Assembly: GCA_038890745.1 (NCBI GenBank)
Contig: JAWAFD010000001.1
Location: 1-64,000 of the forward strand
Source of the DNA: Candidatus Anstonellales archaeon
Lineage (GTDB): Archaea; Micrarchaeota; Micrarchaeia; Anstonellales; J096
DNA length: 64,000 nt
Reading direction: 5' to 3'
In this document: positions 61,712 through 64,000 of the stretch, piece by piece
Layout of the letters: each line of letters opens with the position of its first letter
Position numbering within the stretch: the first letter of the stretch is position 1
Translations under genes and position numbers: made by a program
The notes under the pieces: model-generated
Told to the model about the DNA's origin: nothing
The model's input: the letters and a program-made list of their open reading frames with translations, nothing else
Databases searched by the model: none

Positions 61712-62250
61712 TTATGAATCTAGAAGTTTGCTCTTGCTAAGAATAAAAATCGGGCCACCAAAAACTACAGAACATGCATCTTTATTTAGTCTGTATAGTA
61801 TTTTGAACATCCAAGAATGTAGTTCTCCAAGAAACGTGTTTGTTTGGATTATTTCCGTATAGTCCGGATAATATATTTTAAGTGGTTCGAAAAACCTCCC
61901 TACGAGGCTTATGGCTTCACTTTGCGTATAATCCCTAACATGCCCTGATGGATGTGCACGCCCGGGTGCGGCACGTCTTCCCAGTAAAATCTGCAACTTC
62001 ACATAGTACGCATTTTCTATGGGGATCTTGAAAACCCCATACCGACAATTCGTGGCGCATTTTTCCATGAACTTTTCATCATCCTCAATATGCTCCAGAA
62101 CGTCGGAGAATATCAATAAATCATGCGGTTTAACTGGCAGGGATGTAAAGTCCCCGTGGACAAAAGTTATGTTGGGGTAGATTTTCTTGCCTACATCAAC
62201 ATATGGTTTGGCCAACTCATAATTAGTTGCCTTCCTTATTCCTAGTTTTT
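61712..62250 (-). pseudogene. C-terminal part of a frameshifted class I methyltransferase
   Basis: Frame KLGIRKATNYELAKPY...FSDVLEHIEDD...GHVRDY continues motif I (AEVGGADG), which lies in the upstream ORF; the shift is at an A5 run. Confidence 0.65.
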
Positions 62251-62907
62251 GGTCATAATCGAAAGACCATAACCATCCGCCCCGCCGACTTCAGCTATGC
62301 TTTCTATCTTTTCTTTATTTAGTTTTTCCTTAATCATATCAACAAAAGTTAGATAATTCCACTCTTGTATTTTTCTATCCTGGCTAGAAATATTTTTCGC
62401 AGCATAGGAATCATAATCGAATCTTACCTTTTTTTCAACCGTAGACATTCGGATGTTATTTCTTACTTTTTTGAATTTTGCTGGTACCCCAACCCACAAC
62501 TCGTTGCGGCCTATTTTTGTATTTTCGGTTACAACTGCACCTGCGCCGATGACTGAATCATCACCAATTGTTACACCTTGTAATATTACTGACTTCGCGC
62601 CAATCACGCATCTTTCACCTATAATAACATCTTTGCTTTGTTTACCTACAGAAAACGCATAGATTATTGAATCTGTTCCAATTGCGCTTTCCCTTCCTAT
62701 TATTATTTTTGAATCTGGTGTAGCATATAGTCGTACACCTTCACCTATTTTAGCGTCCTCACCCAGTATTATATTTTCCGGACATTCTACTTTGACACTA
62801 GGTTGAACTTGGCCTAGGTACTTATAGATAAACAACCATTTGCCTATCTGTTGTTTCAAACGGTCCAAAATAAATAATGATCTTTTTGTTTTAATCATCC
62901 TCACCAC
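62242..62907 (-). CDS. Hexapeptide acyltransferase read through into a methyltransferase N-terminus
   Basis: Hexapeptide repeats end at WVGVPAK, followed by MSTVEKK...AEVGGADG. Confidence 0.7.
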   Translation of the reverse strand: MVRMIKTKRSLFILDRLKQQIGKWLFIYKYLGQVQPSVKVECPENIILGEDAKIGEGVRLYATPDSKIIIGRESAIGTDSIIYAFSVGKQSKDVIIGERCVIGAKSVILQGVTIGDDSVIGAGAVVTENTKIGRNELWVGVPAKFKKVRNNIRMSTVEKKVRFDYDSYAAKNISSQDRKIQEWNYLTFVDMIKEKLNKEKIESIAEVGGADGYGLSIMTKN

Positions 62908-62913
62908 CCTAGT

Positions 62914-63954
62914 TTAAAGCCATCCTAGCTGTTTGTATACGGTTATTATTTTTTTTACTATGTTCCTTTTATTATGGTACTTATTCAACCATTTCTGACT
63001 TTTCTCACCAATCTCAAGTATGTCTATCTCACAAAGTTTTATCAATATATTATAAATCTCATCTTCATTTTTTGCATCCAAGACTGGCGGTACGGATCTG
63101 TATAATTTTTGATGTAATTTCTCATTAATGTAAGCTATTACGGGTTTTCCGAGAGCCATCGCCTCCAGCGATGTTAAACCCATAGCGCCAAGCACAAATT
63201 GATCTGCGATTATATCAGCAGATAAATACGCATTTAGTAATTCTTCACGTTCCATGACTCCTACAAAAACTACATCTTTAATCTTTTTGCAAATTTCCTT
63301 GGCCTTGTCTTTGTCAACACCCCAATCTACAAAAATGAGTGTTCCTTTCCCACCCCTGCTCTTATAAAGCATAAACGCTCTGATAAGGCGATCCTGGCCT
63401 TTTATCTCAAAATCCAGTCTGGATGGGCAAAAAATTATCGGTTTTTCATATTCTTCGAAAAAATTCTTAGGATTTTTTTGTTTGTGAAAATCCACGCTAA
63501 TTATCTGTGGAATGAACACAGCCTTGTCAACGAGTGAAAAATTTTCTATGTCATGATATAGGTGTACATTGGAAAAAAATATTTTTTCGCACTTTTCTAG
63601 ACTTTTTCGCATTAAAAATCCATCCACGCTATTTCTATATGCTAATTCATGCAGGTCACTTCCAGTTGCATAAACGATAAATGGTTTGAATAAAAATTGA
63701 AGAAACACCGAGGACCCCGCATACGTTTGAAAACAGTCATACTGCGTTGCCAGTCTGGTTAAATCTAAAAGTTTATCTTTGATTGTATATTTTTCGTAGG
63801 CGTATACCCACTCTTCGTTATTATATGGTTTTTCTGCTTGATCCGATATACCGCCAATATAAAGATCTATATTGAGACCTGCAGCTCTTAGTTCTTTAAC
63901 ATATGTATACGGCACATTAGCCAAATTTTTCCCAACATGCGCAATTTTCTTCAT
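62914..63954 (-). CDS. GT4 glycosyltransferase
   Basis: GSDL, PSRLD...KG, DQF.LGAMGLTSLEAMALGKPVI. Confidence 0.85.
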   Translation of the reverse strand: MKKIAHVGKNLANVPYTYVKELRAAGLNIDLYIGGISDQAEKPYNNEEWVYAYEKYTIKDKLLDLTRLATQYDCFQTYAGSSVFLQFLFKPFIVYATGSDLHELAYRNSVDGFLMRKSLEKCEKIFFSNVHLYHDIENFSLVDKAVFIPQIISVDFHKQKNPKNFFEEYEKPIIFCPSRLDFEIKGQDRLIRAFMLYKSRGGKGTLIFVDWGVDKDKAKEICKKIKDVVFVGVMEREELLNAYLSADIIADQFVLGAMGLTSLEAMALGKPVIAYINEKLHQKLYRSVPPVLDAKNEDEIYNILIKLCEIDILEIGEKSQKWLNKYHNKRNIVKKIITVYKQLGWL

Positions 63955-64000
63955 TGTAACCAGATATATTTGTTACTTACTAAACTTTTTAAAAATGATA

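Overview
Archaeal chromosome segment, most likely a DPANN lineage and plausibly Micrarchaeota. That placement is inferred from PolD DP1/DP2, aIF5B, Fen1, deoxyhypusine synthase, compact mostly leaderless genes, a giant surface protein and intron-rich tRNAs. Contents: (1) the 5' ~9.2 kb of a >3070-aa secreted beta-helix/lectin-like surface protein that runs off the left edge and is missing from the ORF track; (2) core information-processing and metabolic genes interleaved with single orphan genes; (3) seven tRNA genes, all with introns (9 introns: 4 at 37/38, 5 at 59/60), plus an SRP RNA; (4) a surface-glycan cluster (wbpA/B/E/D-like genes, GT4s, epimerase) at the right end. Most unusual signals: related structured hairpin sequences are shared among long tRNA introns at different positions and also occur as free intergenic repeats; a near-identical T-loop intron occurs in four tRNAs; two tRNAs have C55 instead of U55; an AAA-ATPase gene is bounded by 23-bp direct repeats, next to the remnant of a paralogous unit; an MNT-HEPN toxin-antitoxin pair is bounded by a duplication of the SRP RNA 3' end; and one orphan carries lytic-transglycosylase-like motifs. 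All calls are from manual reading; no searches were run.
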